Source of the DNA: Solirubrobacteraceae bacterium
GTDB lineage: Bacteria; Actinomycetota; Thermoleophilia; Solirubrobacterales; Solirubrobacteraceae
NCBI GenBank assembly: GCA_049278415.1
Contig: JBAPMC010000279.1
Span: forward strand, 1-35,260
Reading direction: 5' to 3'
Length of the DNA stretch: 35,260 nt
In this document: positions 25,398 to 35,260 of the stretch, piece by piece
Layout: each line of letters opens with the position of its first letter
Numbering within the stretch: the first letter of the stretch is position 1
Notes under the pieces: generated by a model
Database searches by the model: none
Told to the model about the DNA's origin: nothing
What the model saw: only the letters and a program-made list of their open reading frames with translations
Position numbers and translations under genes: made by a program

Positions 25398-26370
25398 GAG
25401 GCCAACTCGGTCTCTGTCGGGAGGCGGGCGCCGCGGGCGCCCGCCTGGCCGGCGTCTGCTTGGAGTCTTCGGTCTGCTCGCCTTGATGCTTGCAAGCTGC
25501 GGTCTCGGTGCCGGTAGCACGCCGAGCGCCATCCACCTCACCGTCACCCAGGGCTTCGGCGCCAGCGGAATTGGTTCTCAGGGACCTCCCCGGGTGCGGG
25601 GCCAGGAGACTGTGATGAGCCTCTTGATGCGCAACCACAAGGTCAAGACTCGCTACGGCGGCGGATTCGTGCAAAGCATCGACAGCCATACCGGAGGGAC
25701 TTTGGCTGGTGATCCGGTGGATTGGTTCTATTACGTCAACGGCGTTGAGGCATCCAAGGGCGCGGCGGACACCAGCGTGCATCCGGGAGATCACATCTGG
25801 TGGGACCTGCACGACTGGAGCCAGGCTGACGATATCCCGGCGGTGGTGGGCTCATTCCCAGAGCCGTTCCTGCACGGCGCCGGAGGCAAGCGGCTGCCGG
25901 TACGCGTGGAATGCGTCGAACTGACTGGTGAACCGTGTGAAACGGTGGTTGCACGCCTACGCGCAGCCGGTGTTCCCGCCGCAATCGCCGCGATCGGGCC
26001 GGGAGACGAGCCGAGCACGTTGCGGGTGCTGGTGGGGCCATGGCCGGCGGTGCGAGGAACACCCGCCACAGAGGCCATCGAGCAAGGACCACGTGCGAGT
26101 GGCGTGTATGCGCGTTTCGCCGGAAGTGGACAAACGCTCACGCTGCTCGACGCACACGGGCACGCCACGCGCACGCTCGCGGCGGGCGCTGGGCTCGTGG
26201 CTGCCACCCGCTATGCCGAAGAAGCGCCCATCTGGGTGGTCACCGGCACCGATGCCGCGGGCGTGAGCCTTGCTGCCCACGCATTCGGCCAAGCAACGCT
26301 TCACAACCACTTCGCGCTCGCGCTGGAACCCTCCGGCGTCCCGCGGCCCCTGCCCACGGCCGCACCATGA
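25387..26370 (+). CDS. DUF4430-domain lipoprotein, accessory to B12 ECF transporter
   Basis: Lipobox LASC; YGGGFVQSID..DWFYYVNG..GAAD..PGDHIWWD. Confidence 0.82.
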   Translation: MSSRRPTRSLSGGGRRGRPPGRRLLGVFGLLALMLASCGLGAGSTPSAIHLTVTQGFGASGIGSQGPPRVRGQETVMSLLMRNHKVKTRYGGGFVQSIDSHTGGTLAGDPVDWFYYVNGVEASKGAADTSVHPGDHIWWDLHDWSQADDIPAVVGSFPEPFLHGAGGKRLPVRVECVELTGEPCETVVARLRAAGVPAAIAAIGPGDEPSTLRVLVGPWPAVRGTPATEAIEQGPRASGVYARFAGSGQTLTLLDAHGHATRTLAAGAGLVAATRYAEEAPIWVVTGTDAAGVSLAAHAFGQATLHNHFALALEPSGVPRPLPTAAP

Positions 26371-26392
26371 GCGGCTGGAGCTAGTCACAGCG

Positions 26393-27280
26393 ATGCGGGC
26401 CACGCTCATCTACCGGCGCCTGGCCAGCCCCCTGCATGCCACACGGGCGACGGTTGGGGCAGCATGGACGATTGCGCTGATCGTGGCTGCGCTCTCAAGC
26501 AACCATCCGCTGGTGCTGGCCATGTTGACCATTGCCATCGTGCTCGCAGGCGCATGCGCGGGCGTTGGACACCAGCTTGTGCGCTCGCTGCGTACCGCGG
26601 CAATCGTAGCCATCCCGATCGTGGTGGTGAACGTGCTCGTGTCGCGCGATGGCCTGACCGTGTTCCTGCGGCTCGGCGACCTCGGCCCGTTCGGCCAGGG
26701 CAACCTGACGGTGGAGGCGCTCGTGTACGGAGCTTTGATCGCCTTGAAGATCGCCATCATCATGCTCGCCACCACGCTTGCGAGCCTCGCGGTGGACCCG
26801 GATGAGCTGTTGCGGGTGGTGCGGCGCATGTCGTTCCGCTCAGCCCTCACAGCATCGCTTGCCACGCGCATGATCCCGGTGCTCGCCGGCGACGCTCAGC
26901 GTCTGGCGGAGGCGCAGCGCACGCGTCCGACAGCTAACCGAGGCGACGCAAGAGATCGCATCAGGTTGCTGAGCGCCATCGTCGGCTCCTCGCTTGACCG
27001 AGCGATGGATATGGCTGCAACGCTCGAGCTGCGCGGCTTCGCCGGCGCGAGACGCGCTCCGCGCCGCACCATCCGCTGGTCTCGACACGACTTCGCGTTC
27101 GCCACCTCAGCCACTTTGCTGGTGGCGCTCACCATTGCAATGAAGCTTGGCGGAATGGTTGCGTTCAGCGCCTACCCACAGGTTCACGCCGCGGGCATCC
27201 CAGAAGCGCTCGCGCTGGGCACGGTTCTCACAGTGATAGTGCTGTTTCCGTTCGCGGACCGCAGGGGCATAGAGCCGTGA
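26393..27280 (+). CDS. ecfT: ECF transporter transmembrane T component (EcfT/CbiQ family)
   Basis: Multiple TMs; coupling helices with AQRTR and [14 protein letters not shown]. Confidence 0.88.
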   Translation: MRATLIYRRLASPLHATRATVGAAWTIALIVAALSSNHPLVLAMLTIAIVLAGACAGVGHQLVRSLRTAAIVAIPIVVVNVLVSRDGLTVFLRLGDLGPFGQGNLTVEALVYGALIALKIAIIMLATTLASLAVDPDELLRVVRRMSFRSALTASLATRMIPVLAGDAQRLAEAQRTRPTANRGDARDRIRLLSAIVGSSLDRAMDMAATLELRGFAGARRAPRRTIRWSRHDFAFATSATLLVALTIAMKLGGMVAFSAYPQVHAAGIPEALALGTVLTVIVLFPFADRRGIEP

Positions 27281-28974
27281 GCTCGGTTGTATTCGAACAC
27301 GTCACCTACACCTATCCAGGCGCCGAGGTGCCGGCGCTCGAGGACGTAACACTCGAGATCGAGCCCGGGGAGCTGTGCGTGCTCGCAGGCCTCTCCGGCC
27401 ACGGGAAGTCGACGCTTTTGCGCGCCGCCTGTGGTTTGGTGCCGCACTTCCACGGCGGCAGCTTCGCCGGACGGGTGACGGTCGCGGGACTCAACACGCG
27501 CGAGCACCCTCCCGCGGACCTCGGAGCGCTCACAGGAGCGCTGTTCCAGGACCCCGAGACGCAGCTCGTGATGGGCTCGGTGCGCGCCGAGGTCTCCCTG
27601 GCGCTTGAGAGTCGTGGCCACACAGCCGCCATGGTGGCGCGTGGGGTGGAGGAGGTGGCGCTCGCGCTCGGCATCGACCACCTGCTCGACCGCTCCACGC
27701 ACGAGCTCTCCGGCGGCGAGCAACAACGTGTGGCGCTCGCCGCTGCGCTCGCGGGACGCCCGCGCGTGGTGCTGCTCGACGAGCCCACCTCGCAGCTTGA
27801 TCCGGTTGCAGGCGATGAGCTGATCGGTCTCTTGCGGCGCCTCAACCAAGAGTGGGACACCACGATCTTGCTGTGCGAGCATCGCCTCGAGCGCTGCCTA
27901 TCGGCGGCCGACCGCGTGATCGCCATGCACATGGGACGCGTCGCCTACAACGGTCTCCCCGAGGAGTTCCTGCGGTGGGCGCAACGCATGGCGCCCGCCC
28001 TACAGACGCCCGGTGCGAAGCTGTTCTCGCTAGCGGGCATCGCCCCAGCGCCCGTGGGGGTCAAGCAGGCGCGCGCCACCCTGCGTGCAGAAGGGCTTCT
28101 GCCGCACGCGAGCAAGGATGCGCCAGAGTTGGCTGGCGGCGTATCGGATGGGCGCTCCACGGTCACTCGCGGCGGGAAAGCTCGGATGCGTGCTCGCGTC
28201 GGGTCGAGGTTTTTGGGGGGAGGGGCTGGCGTGCCCTTGGCGGTTCGCGGGGTTTGGTTCGAGGTTCCTCGCGGCCCGGCGATCTTGCGCGGCGTGGACC
28301 TGATGGTCGAGGCCGGTGAGACCCTCGCCTTGATGGGACGCAACGGCGCCGGCAAGTCCACCCTGTTGCGCCACGCCGCCGGTCTGCTGACTCCGACGCG
28401 CGGGCGCATAGAGAGCACCGGCAGGGTTGCGCTGTTGCTGCAGAACCCAAACGACTACTTCCTGCGTGAGCGCGTGGGCGAGGAGCTGCCCCAGGAGGCG
28501 CTGCGGGCCGCCGGCTTGGCTGAGCTTGCCGAGCGCAATCCACGCGACCTCTCCGGTGGCGAGCGCCAGCGTTTGGCTTTGGCGATCGTCACCGCAGGCA
28601 GCGATGCGCCCGCCGTGCTCGCGCTTGATGAGCCCACACGCGGCATGGATCGCGAGGCAAAAGCCGAGCTGGCGGCAGAGCTCCACCGTCGTGCGCGTCA
28701 AGGGCAAGCGGTGATCGTGGCCACCCACGACCCGGAGTTCGCCGCTGCCTGCGCAGATCGCGCAGTGTTGCTCGCCGACGGGCGTGTGATCGCCGATGGG
28801 CCCGCCGCCGAGCTGCTTGCGGGCGGCTGGTACTTCTCCACCGAAACCGCCCGCATCCTTGGCGGGGTCGGCGGGGCGCTCGAGCCCGATACAGGAGCGC
28901 GGCTGCTGCGCGATCTCGCCGTACCTGCAGAGCCCCCGGCGCTGTTCTCCGCGACGCAAGAGACCCACCCGTGA
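27277..28974 (+). CDS. ECF transporter ATPase with two nucleotide-binding domains
   Basis: [28 protein letters not shown] and [24 protein letters not shown]. Confidence 0.93.
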   Translation: MSSVVFEHVTYTYPGAEVPALEDVTLEIEPGELCVLAGLSGHGKSTLLRAACGLVPHFHGGSFAGRVTVAGLNTREHPPADLGALTGALFQDPETQLVMGSVRAEVSLALESRGHTAAMVARGVEEVALALGIDHLLDRSTHELSGGEQQRVALAAALAGRPRVVLLDEPTSQLDPVAGDELIGLLRRLNQEWDTTILLCEHRLERCLSAADRVIAMHMGRVAYNGLPEEFLRWAQRMAPALQTPGAKLFSLAGIAPAPVGVKQARATLRAEGLLPHASKDAPELAGGVSDGRSTVTRGGKARMRARVGSRFLGGGAGVPLAVRGVWFEVPRGPAILRGVDLMVEAGETLALMGRNGAGKSTLLRHAAGLLTPTRGRIESTGRVALLLQNPNDYFLRERVGEELPQEALRAAGLAELAERNPRDLSGGERQRLALAIVTAGSDAPAVLALDEPTRGMDREAKAELAAELHRRARQGQAVIVATHDPEFAAACADRAVLLADGRVIADGPAAELLAGGWYFSTETARILGGVGGALEPDTGARLLRDLAVPAEPPALFSATQETHP

Positions 28975-30860
28975 GCTGGCCACTCGCCACGTTTGCGATC
29001 GTGTTCGGGGTGCTGCTCGCCGGATGGCTGGCGTATGAGCGCTCGCGTCCCTCAGCCCGGCTAACCGCCGTGGTGGGGACCCTGGCTGCGGTAGCCGCGC
29101 TCGGGCGCGATGCGTTCGTGGCGCTGCCCGACGTCAAGCCCATCACGGCAATGACGTTCGTGGTCGGCTACGCGCTCGGACCGCTGCCTGGCTTCGCGGT
29201 AGGCGCCATCGGGATGCTCGCCTCGAACATCGTGCTGGGCCAAGGGCCCTACACGCCATGGCAGATGGCCGCTTGGGGCCTCGTCGGCCTGGCCGGCGCC
29301 GGGCTCGGTCGGCTCACCCGGCGGCGCATGGGACGTTTCGGGATCGCGCTTGCCTGTGGGGTGAGCGCGCTTGGTGCAAAGGAGATCATGAACGTGTACA
29401 CGTGGACGATTGGCGCGAGTCACACGCCCGCTGCGCTGGTAGCGACCGCGAGCGTGGCGCTGCCATTCGACGTGACCGACGTCATCGCGAGCTTCCTGTT
29501 CGGGCTTGCGTTTGGTCCCGAGCTCGCGCGCTTGCTGGGGCGCATGCGCGCCCGCATGGACGTCCACTGGGAGGCCGTGAGCACGGCTCCGCTAGCGCTC
29601 CTGCTGCTTGCCGTGGCGGGAGCCTGCGCAACGATCTCCCCGGCCCAACCGGCCCGCGCAATGAGCGCTCATGCCTCGGCTCGGGGACCGGTGCGCACCG
29701 TCGCTAGGCGTCGAGTCGAGTCGCCCTCTGCGCGGGCGAGCGTCAAGCACGTCGATATCTCTCCCGAGGTCTCCTACCTCGTACATGCCCAGAACCGTGA
29801 CGGCGGCTTTGGCGGTGCGCGCGAGGAGCGCAGCAGCGAGCTGTACTCAGCCTGGGTGGCGATGGGCCTGGCGGCCGCCGGTCGGGGTCCGCTCAGCGTT
29901 ACGCGCGCTGGCCACTCCGTGCTCGACTCGATCCGCACCGAGGCCTCCACGCTTGAAGGCGCCGGCGACGAGGAGCGCACGATCCTTGCGCTACATGCAA
30001 GCGGCGCCTCCGTTCACCTGCTTCCAGGTGGCGACCCGCTTGGCAAGCTGATGAGCGAACGAGCGAGCGATGGCTCGTTCGGGCAGCTCGTAAACACCAC
30101 CACGTTTGCCATCTTTGCTCTGCGTGCCGCCGGTCGATCGGTGAGCGACCCGGTCGTGCGTGCCGCCGGCCGTTGGCTGGTGGACCAGCAGAGCCCCGAT
30201 GGGGGCTTCAGCTTCGCCACCCGTGGGGCGAGCGAGGACGTCGACGACACTGCCGCCGCGCTACAAGGTGTGATCGATGCAGAGGGACAGGGGAGTCCCG
30301 CTGCGCGCCGCGCGGTGGCGTTTCTGCGCCACGCACAAGATCCGGACGGGGGCTATGCGCAGCAGGCTGGTGGAGCCTCCAACGCCCAATCGACCGCTTG
30401 GGCGGTGCAGGGACTGATCGCCGCCGACCAGGATGTGAATGCCGTCACACGCGGCGGCAGCCGCTCTCCGCTTGCCTACATCGAGAGCCTTGTGGCCCCC
30501 GACGGCAGTGTGCGCTACTCCCGCACTAGCGCCCAAACCCCGGTGTGGGTTACCGCCCAAGCGCTGATTGCGCTCGCAGGTAAGCCGTTCCCGATTGGCC
30601 CCGTACCCCGGCGGCCTATAGCGCGCCATGCTGTGGCGCCGAGTGTCGGCGCCCATCTCCACGTCGCCTCTACTGGGTCACACACGACTCATGTCGCTCG
30701 TATCCACGCCGTCCATGCGCAACGCGCTCGTCCAAAGGCAAAGGCTAAGGACCTTGCGAGCGTCCCAGGAGTGTCGATCGCCGCCCAAGGTCGCCTCGAA
30801 GCGATCGCTCGCACGGCTGGGGTGCTCGTCGGCGTGGTGCTTGAGCCAATGCTCCGCTGA
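28971..30860 (+). CDS. ECF S component (CbrT-like) fused to prenyltransferase/squalene-cyclase-repeat alpha/alpha barrel
   Basis: N-terminal [22 protein letters not shown]-component; C-terminal repeats [43 protein letters not shown]. Confidence 0.85.
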   Translation: MSWPLATFAIVFGVLLAGWLAYERSRPSARLTAVVGTLAAVAALGRDAFVALPDVKPITAMTFVVGYALGPLPGFAVGAIGMLASNIVLGQGPYTPWQMAAWGLVGLAGAGLGRLTRRRMGRFGIALACGVSALGAKEIMNVYTWTIGASHTPAALVATASVALPFDVTDVIASFLFGLAFGPELARLLGRMRARMDVHWEAVSTAPLALLLLAVAGACATISPAQPARAMSAHASARGPVRTVARRRVESPSARASVKHVDISPEVSYLVHAQNRDGGFGGAREERSSELYSAWVAMGLAAAGRGPLSVTRAGHSVLDSIRTEASTLEGAGDEERTILALHASGASVHLLPGGDPLGKLMSERASDGSFGQLVNTTTFAIFALRAAGRSVSDPVVRAAGRWLVDQQSPDGGFSFATRGASEDVDDTAAALQGVIDAEGQGSPAARRAVAFLRHAQDPDGGYAQQAGGASNAQSTAWAVQGLIAADQDVNAVTRGGSRSPLAYIESLVAPDGSVRYSRTSAQTPVWVTAQALIALAGKPFPIGPVPRRPIARHAVAPSVGAHLHVASTGSHTTHVARIHAVHAQRARPKAKAKDLASVPGVSIAAQGRLEAIARTAGVLVGVVLEPMLR

Positions 30861-30895
30861 GGTAAGCGCCGCCGCCCTACTCGTGGCGGCCTACC
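30861..30895 (+). terminator. GC-rich stem-loop immediately after the B12 operon
   Basis: ggta..gccgcc / ggcggc.tacc inverted repeat right after TGA 30860; no U-tract. Confidence 0.35.
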
Positions 30896-30905
30896 CTTGG
30901 ATGAG

Positions 30906-31622
30906 ATGTCTGCGATTCCCACCACCCGCATCGTCGATCGATCTGGCGCTGGATCTGCGCTGCTCGTTGCGGCCCTGTGCGTTGTTGGCCTCGCCCTCAC
31001 ATGGGTGCTGGCTGAGCTGGTGCCGATCACGCACGTCAAGGATGCGGTGGCGCTGTATGACTTCACACGCCTGAACCGTCCGCTCGTGGAAGTGCCCGCG
31101 AACGTATTGCTTGATCTGCTCTACCCGCCGTTCTATGCGGCTTGGGGTCTTGTGCTCGTGGTTATCGCCTTGCGCCGCCGCCTGCCATGGATAGCGCTTG
31201 CGGTGGCGATAGTGCTCCCGCTTGCGCCGCTCAGCGCTGAGCTGCTCAAGCCTTTGCTGGCGCACCCCCACGATCAGCTCGGCCCGAAACATATAACCAA
31301 CGCCTCGTGGCCCAGTGGCCACGCAACAGCCGCGTTGGCGCTTGCGTGGTGCGCGCTGCTCGTAGCTCCGCCCTCACGTCGCAGGCTCGTCGTCACGCTT
31401 GGCGCCGCCTTTGCTGTCGCGGTCGGTATTGCGCTTCTGGTCCTCGCCTGGCACATGCCAAGCGATGTTGTCGGTGGCTATCTGCTTGCCACCTTGTGGG
31501 CAGCGCTTGCGCTTGCGGTGCTGCGAGTATCCGAGCACGATGAAGGTGCCCGTAAGACGGCGCGTGCTCGGCTAGGAGGTCCCCCCCAAAGGGCTGGAGC
31601 CATGCGCGCCTGGAGCCCATAG
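30906..31622 (+). CDS. PAP2 (phosphatidic acid phosphatase type 2) family membrane protein
   Basis: SWPSGH and WHMPSDVVGG motifs, about 6 TM; TACCCT box 8 nt before ATG 30906. Confidence 0.85.
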   Translation: MSAIPTTRIVDRSGAGSALLVAALCVVGLALTWVLAELVPITHVKDAVALYDFTRLNRPLVEVPANVLLDLLYPPFYAAWGLVLVVIALRRRLPWIALAVAIVLPLAPLSAELLKPLLAHPHDQLGPKHITNASWPSGHATAALALAWCALLVAPPSRRRLVVTLGAAFAVAVGIALLVLAWHMPSDVVGGYLLATLWAALALAVLRVSEHDEGARKTARARLGGPPQRAGAMRAWSP

Positions 31623-32201
31623 CGACTCCGATCCCGCCTCAGGTGATGCGGGTTGGCCATCATTCACGGCGCGGCCGAGGATGAACAGCATGTCTGACAG
31701 CCGGTTCAGATAGCGGATCACCTCGGGGTTGCACTCCTCGCCCACAGCAATCGCGCGGCGCTCGGCGCGACGGCAAACGGTGCGACAGACATGCAGCTGC
31801 GCCGCCGCCGGCCCTCCGCCGGGGATCACAAACGAGCGCAGCGGCTCAAGCGTCGCGTTGACCTCGTCGCACACCTGCTCGAGCCACTGGGCGTACTCGG
31901 GCGTCACTCGCAGGCGTGCCTGGCCCTTGCCGGTGGCGTCCGGCTCCCCCTCGGGCGGGGTTGGCACCGACAGGTCCGCTCCAACGTCGAGCAGATCGTT
32001 CTGCACGCGCTCCAACCACTGCGTGAAGGTCGATGGCAGGCCCGGTGCAAGCAGCGCCACGCCGAGTGTTGCGTTGAGCTCATCCACAGTGCCGTATGCC
32101 TCCACGCGAGGGTGGAGCTTTGAGACACGGCTCATGTCTCCCAAGTGGGTATCTCCACCGTCTCCGAGCTTGGTGTAGATGCGTGTCAGGTTGACCGTCA
32201 C
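31572..32201 (-). CDS. pduO: ATP:cob(I)alamin adenosyltransferase, PduO type
   Basis: LTRIYTKLGDGGDT, AYGTVDELN, FVIPGG, CRTVCRRAER, YLNRLSD; GTG start 32201. Confidence 0.95.
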   Translation of the reverse strand: MTVNLTRIYTKLGDGGDTHLGDMSRVSKLHPRVEAYGTVDELNATLGVALLAPGLPSTFTQWLERVQNDLLDVGADLSVPTPPEGEPDATGKGQARLRVTPEYAQWLEQVCDEVNATLEPLRSFVIPGGGPAAAQLHVCRTVCRRAERRAIAVGEECNPEVIRYLNRLSDMLFILGRAVNDGQPASPEAGSESLWAPGAHGSSPLGGTS

Positions 32202-32273
32202 GGCTTCTCGAGTCTGGCATACGGGAGGTCGGACTGCCTCTCGTCGGCAAGATCGGATACTTTCTCGGCCTTC

Positions 32274-33443
32274 ATGCGGGTAGGTGTTCCGAAGGAGACC
32301 GCCGAGGGCGAGCACAGAGTTGCGCTCGTGCCGGAGGTCATAGCCAAGTTGAAGACCAAGGGCATTGATGTCCTGGTCCAGAGTGGCGCGGGCGCAGACG
32401 CGCTGCTGCCGGATGCCGCGTTCGCCGACGCTGGTGCGCAGATGAGCGCCGATGCAGCCGAGGTGTGGCGCTCTGATGTGGTGGTCAAGATCTCCCCGCC
32501 GAGTGAGCAGGAAATCGGGTTGCTTGGGCAGGGGTCGATCCTGATCGGTTTCCTCGCGCCGCTAACGAGCCCTCAGACGACGCGGGCACTTGCCTCCGCC
32601 AAAGCAACAGCCTTCGCGATGGAGTCGATCCCGCGCATCTCACGCGCCCAGTCGATGGATGCGCTCTCCTCGCAGAGCAACATCGCCGGCTATAAGGCCG
32701 CCCTGCTCGGCGCAGAGAACATGGGTCGTTTCTATCCGATGCTTATGACCGCAGCCGGCACGATCCCGCCCGCCAAGGTGCTCGTGCTGGGCGCCGGCGT
32801 CGCCGGGCTGCAGGCGCTCGCCACCGCCAAGCGGCTCGGGGCGCGCACAACCGGATATGACGTGCGCCCAGAGGTGGCAGAGCAGGTTCAGTCGCTCGGA
32901 GCGCAGTGGCTTGACCTTGGCTTGGAGGCCGCCGGAGAGGGCGGCTACGCTCGCGAGCTCACCGCTGAGGAGCGTGCCACCCAGCAGCAAGCGCTGACGG
33001 ATGCGATCAAGGGCTTCGATGTCGTTATCACCACCGCGCTCGTGCCTGGTCGTCCTGCTCCGAAGCTCGTCACAGCCGAGGCTGTTGAAGGGATGAAGCC
33101 CGGCTCTGTGATCGTTGATCTCGCCGGCGAGTCGGGCGGCAATTGCGAGCTAACCGAGCCCGGCCAAACGGTCGTCAAGCACGACGTGAAGATTGTCTCC
33201 CCGCTGAACCTGCCGGCGAGCATGGCCGAGCACTCCTCGCAGCTATTCGCGCGCAATGTGCAGTCGCTGCTGGATCTGTTGGTCTCCCCGAAGGAGGGTG
33301 GCGCCGAGGGCGAGCTGGAGCTGAAGCTCGACTTCGAGGATGAGATCGTTGCGGGCGCCTGCACCGTCCGTGATGGGGAGATCGTGGGTGTGGGCGCGAA
33401 GGCCGCCGTTGAGGCCGCTGGCGCCGCTGGAGCGAGCGCATGA
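32274..33443 (+). CDS. pntA: NAD(P) transhydrogenase subunit alpha, part 1 (domain I)
   Basis: MRVGVPKE..EHRVAL, RISRAQSMDALSSQ, GAGVAGLQA, GEGGYA, ITTALVPG, GGNCE. Confidence 0.96.
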   Translation: MRVGVPKETAEGEHRVALVPEVIAKLKTKGIDVLVQSGAGADALLPDAAFADAGAQMSADAAEVWRSDVVVKISPPSEQEIGLLGQGSILIGFLAPLTSPQTTRALASAKATAFAMESIPRISRAQSMDALSSQSNIAGYKAALLGAENMGRFYPMLMTAAGTIPPAKVLVLGAGVAGLQALATAKRLGARTTGYDVRPEVAEQVQSLGAQWLDLGLEAAGEGGYARELTAEERATQQQALTDAIKGFDVVITTALVPGRPAPKLVTAEAVEGMKPGSVIVDLAGESGGNCELTEPGQTVVKHDVKIVSPLNLPASMAEHSSQLFARNVQSLLDLLVSPKEGGAEGELELKLDFEDEIVAGACTVRDGEIVGVGAKAAVEAAGAAGASA

Positions 33444-33784
33444 TTCTCGCAAGCGTGCTCACAACCAATCTCGCGATCCTCGTGCTTGCGGGCTTCATCG
33501 GCTTCGTGGTGATCTCCAAGGTGCCGAACACGCTGCACACGCCGCTGATGTCGGGAACGAACGCGATCCACGGGATCGTGCTGCTAGGGGGGCTGTTGCT
33601 TTTCGGCCTCACGGGACTTGACGCTTTCAGCAAGGCGCTGCTGGTGATCGCCGTTGCTTTCGGCACGATCAACGTGGTTGGCGGTTTTCTTGTCACCGAC
33701 AGGATGCTCGACATGTTCAAGTCGCGCCCGAAGCCCAAGCAGGCCGACGATGACTCCCCCACAGATGGGAAGACGGGGTCATGA
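33440..33784 (+). CDS. pntA: NAD(P) transhydrogenase subunit alpha, part 2 (membrane)
   Basis: VPNTLHTPLMSGTNAIHG, INVVGGFLVTDRMLDMF; ATGA overlaps. Confidence 0.95.
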   Translation: MILASVLTTNLAILVLAGFIGFVVISKVPNTLHTPLMSGTNAIHGIVLLGGLLLFGLTGLDAFSKALLVIAVAFGTINVVGGFLVTDRMLDMFKSRPKPKQADDDSPTDGKTGS

Positions 33785-35253
33785 CGAGCCTGCCCATCGC
33801 CACGAGCTTCCTGCAGAGCGAAAGCTTCATCTACGTCCTCTACATAATCGCTTTCGGCCTCTTCATCCAGGGTTTGCGCGGGCTCTCCGGGCCCACCACG
33901 GCGGTACGCGGCAACCGCATTGCCGCGGTGGGGATGGGGATCGCGGTGGTCGCAACGCTGCTCAATCCCGGCGAGGGCAACTGGGGCCTGATCGCGCTCG
34001 GCCTCGCACTCGGCGTTGCCGTCGGAGTCCCCGCAGCACGCCAGGTGAAGATGACCGCAATGCCCCAGATGGTCGCTCTCTTCAACGGGGTTGGCGGCGG
34101 CGCGGTGGCGATCATCTCGTGGGTCGAGTTCCGCAGCCTCGGGTCAACCTACGGCTCGCACACGATTGAAATCGGAGGGGCAACGTTCCAGATAGGCGGC
34201 GTCGCCACTTATGTCGCCATCTTCTCCGTATTCGCGGCGATCGTCGGCTCCGTCTCCTTCTGGGGCTCGAATATCGCATTCGCCAAGCTGCAGGAAATCC
34301 TTCCGGGGCGCCCCATCACACTGGGAGCTGCCCAGCAGATCGTCAACCTCGTTCTGTTGATCCTTGCCGTTGCAGCGGGTATCGACCTGGTGGCTGGCGC
34401 CCATTCCGAACTGCTGTTCATTGGGATGCTGATCGTCGCAGCGCTGCTAGGCAACTTCGTTGTCCTGCCGATCGGCGGCGCCGACATGCCCGTGGTTATC
34501 TCTCTCCTGAACGCCTTCACCGGCCTATCGGCGGCGGCGACGGGCATGGCGCTCAACAACCCGGCGCTGATCGTGGCGGGCATGATCGTTGGCGCGTCCG
34601 GCTCGATCCTCACGAACCTGATGGCGGTTGCCATGAACCGTTCGATTCCCTCGATCGTCGCGGGCGGCTTCGGCGGTGGCGGGGCCGTTGAGGGCGCCGA
34701 AGGCGCTGGTGAGCATCAAGGCACGGTGCGCTCCACGAGTGCCGCGGACGCCGCGATCCAGCTCGCCTACGCAAACAGGGTTGTCGTGGTCCCGGGCTAT
34801 GGCATGGCGGTGGCCCAGGCCCAGCACGCCGTGCGCGAGCTCACCAAGGAGCTCGAGTCGCGTGGGGTGGAGGTCAACTATGCGATCCATCCCGTCGCCG
34901 GGCGCATGCCGGGGCACATGAATGTGCTGCTGGCAGAGGCCGACGTTCCCTATGACCAGCTCAAGGAGATGGACGACGCCAACTCCGAGTTCCAGCGCAC
35001 CGACGTATCGCTTGTGATCGGTGCAAACGACGTAACCAACCCGGCGGCGAAGAACACACCTTCCTCGCCGATCTACGGCATGCCGATCCTCGAGGTTGCC
35101 GACAGCCAGTCGGTGATCGTGATCAAGCGCTCGATGAACCCGGGTTTCGCCGGGATCGAGAACGAGCTCTACTTCGACCCGAAGACCTCGATGCTCTTCG
35201 GGGACGCAAAGTCGGCTGTGAGTGAGATCACAGCCGAGCTCTCGTCTCTGTGA
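33781..35253 (+). CDS. pntB: NAD(P) transhydrogenase subunit beta
   Basis: MTAMPQMVALFNG, IGGADMPVVISLLN, PGYGMAVAQAQH, HPVAGRMPGHMNVLLAEA, IGANDVTNPA. Confidence 0.97.
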   Translation: MTSLPIATSFLQSESFIYVLYIIAFGLFIQGLRGLSGPTTAVRGNRIAAVGMGIAVVATLLNPGEGNWGLIALGLALGVAVGVPAARQVKMTAMPQMVALFNGVGGGAVAIISWVEFRSLGSTYGSHTIEIGGATFQIGGVATYVAIFSVFAAIVGSVSFWGSNIAFAKLQEILPGRPITLGAAQQIVNLVLLILAVAAGIDLVAGAHSELLFIGMLIVAALLGNFVVLPIGGADMPVVISLLNAFTGLSAAATGMALNNPALIVAGMIVGASGSILTNLMAVAMNRSIPSIVAGGFGGGGAVEGAEGAGEHQGTVRSTSAADAAIQLAYANRVVVVPGYGMAVAQAQHAVRELTKELESRGVEVNYAIHPVAGRMPGHMNVLLAEADVPYDQLKEMDDANSEFQRTDVSLVIGANDVTNPAAKNTPSSPIYGMPILEVADSQSVIVIKRSMNPGFAGIENELYFDPKTSMLFGDAKSAVSEITAELSSL

Positions 35254-35260
35254 TCTAGAT

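Noticed and set aside
28030..28983. 317-aa minus-strand ORF and the many other antisense or alternate-frame ORFs in the track
   Set aside because: Shadows of well-supported genes, expected in high-GC DNA; no recognisable motifs.
29740..30600. Squalene-hopene cyclase or terpene biosynthesis gene
   Set aside because: Only one barrel, fused behind an ECF S component in a B12 operon. EDVDDTA resembles the cyclase acidic motif but such repeats also occur in non-catalytic surface proteins.
32145..32315. Mutually overlapping N-terminal extensions of pduO and pntA
   Set aside because: Family-typical N-termini begin at 32201 (minus) and 32274 (plus), leaving a 72-nt divergent promoter gap.

Overview
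High-GC actinobacterial chromosomal segment; gene style suggests Thermoleophilia/Solirubrobacterales (inference). Left to right: the tail of a [NiFe]-hydrogenase maturation operon (SIS/GmhA-like protein, small membrane protein, hypF) converging on a NiCoT nickel permease; an AraC regulator with divergent SRPBCC and PEP-mutase-family genes; a decayed ECF sigma pseudogene; a coiled-coil/wHTH DNA-binding protein; an MFS exporter; lon-hxlR; yihY. From about 13.2 to 22.5 kb lies a tightly coupled operon: a sigma-70/ECF-like factor, a 58-codon ORF, a bitopic protein, and an apparently intact Gram-positive (TcpC/D/E/F/H/G; ICEBs1 ConB-C-D-E-G-CwlT-like) type IV secretion core. No coupling protein, relaxase, integrase or att site is visible in the window, and the operon abuts housekeeping genes. 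It is the best candidate for an undescribed system (a domesticated, sigma-controlled T4SS). Next come a ferredoxin reductase, a cobalamin riboswitch heading an ECF B12-uptake operon (two DUF4430-like proteins and an S-component fused to an alpha/alpha-barrel), a PAP2-like gene, pduO and pntA1-pntA2-pntB. All family calls come from motif recognition by eye, not from database searches.
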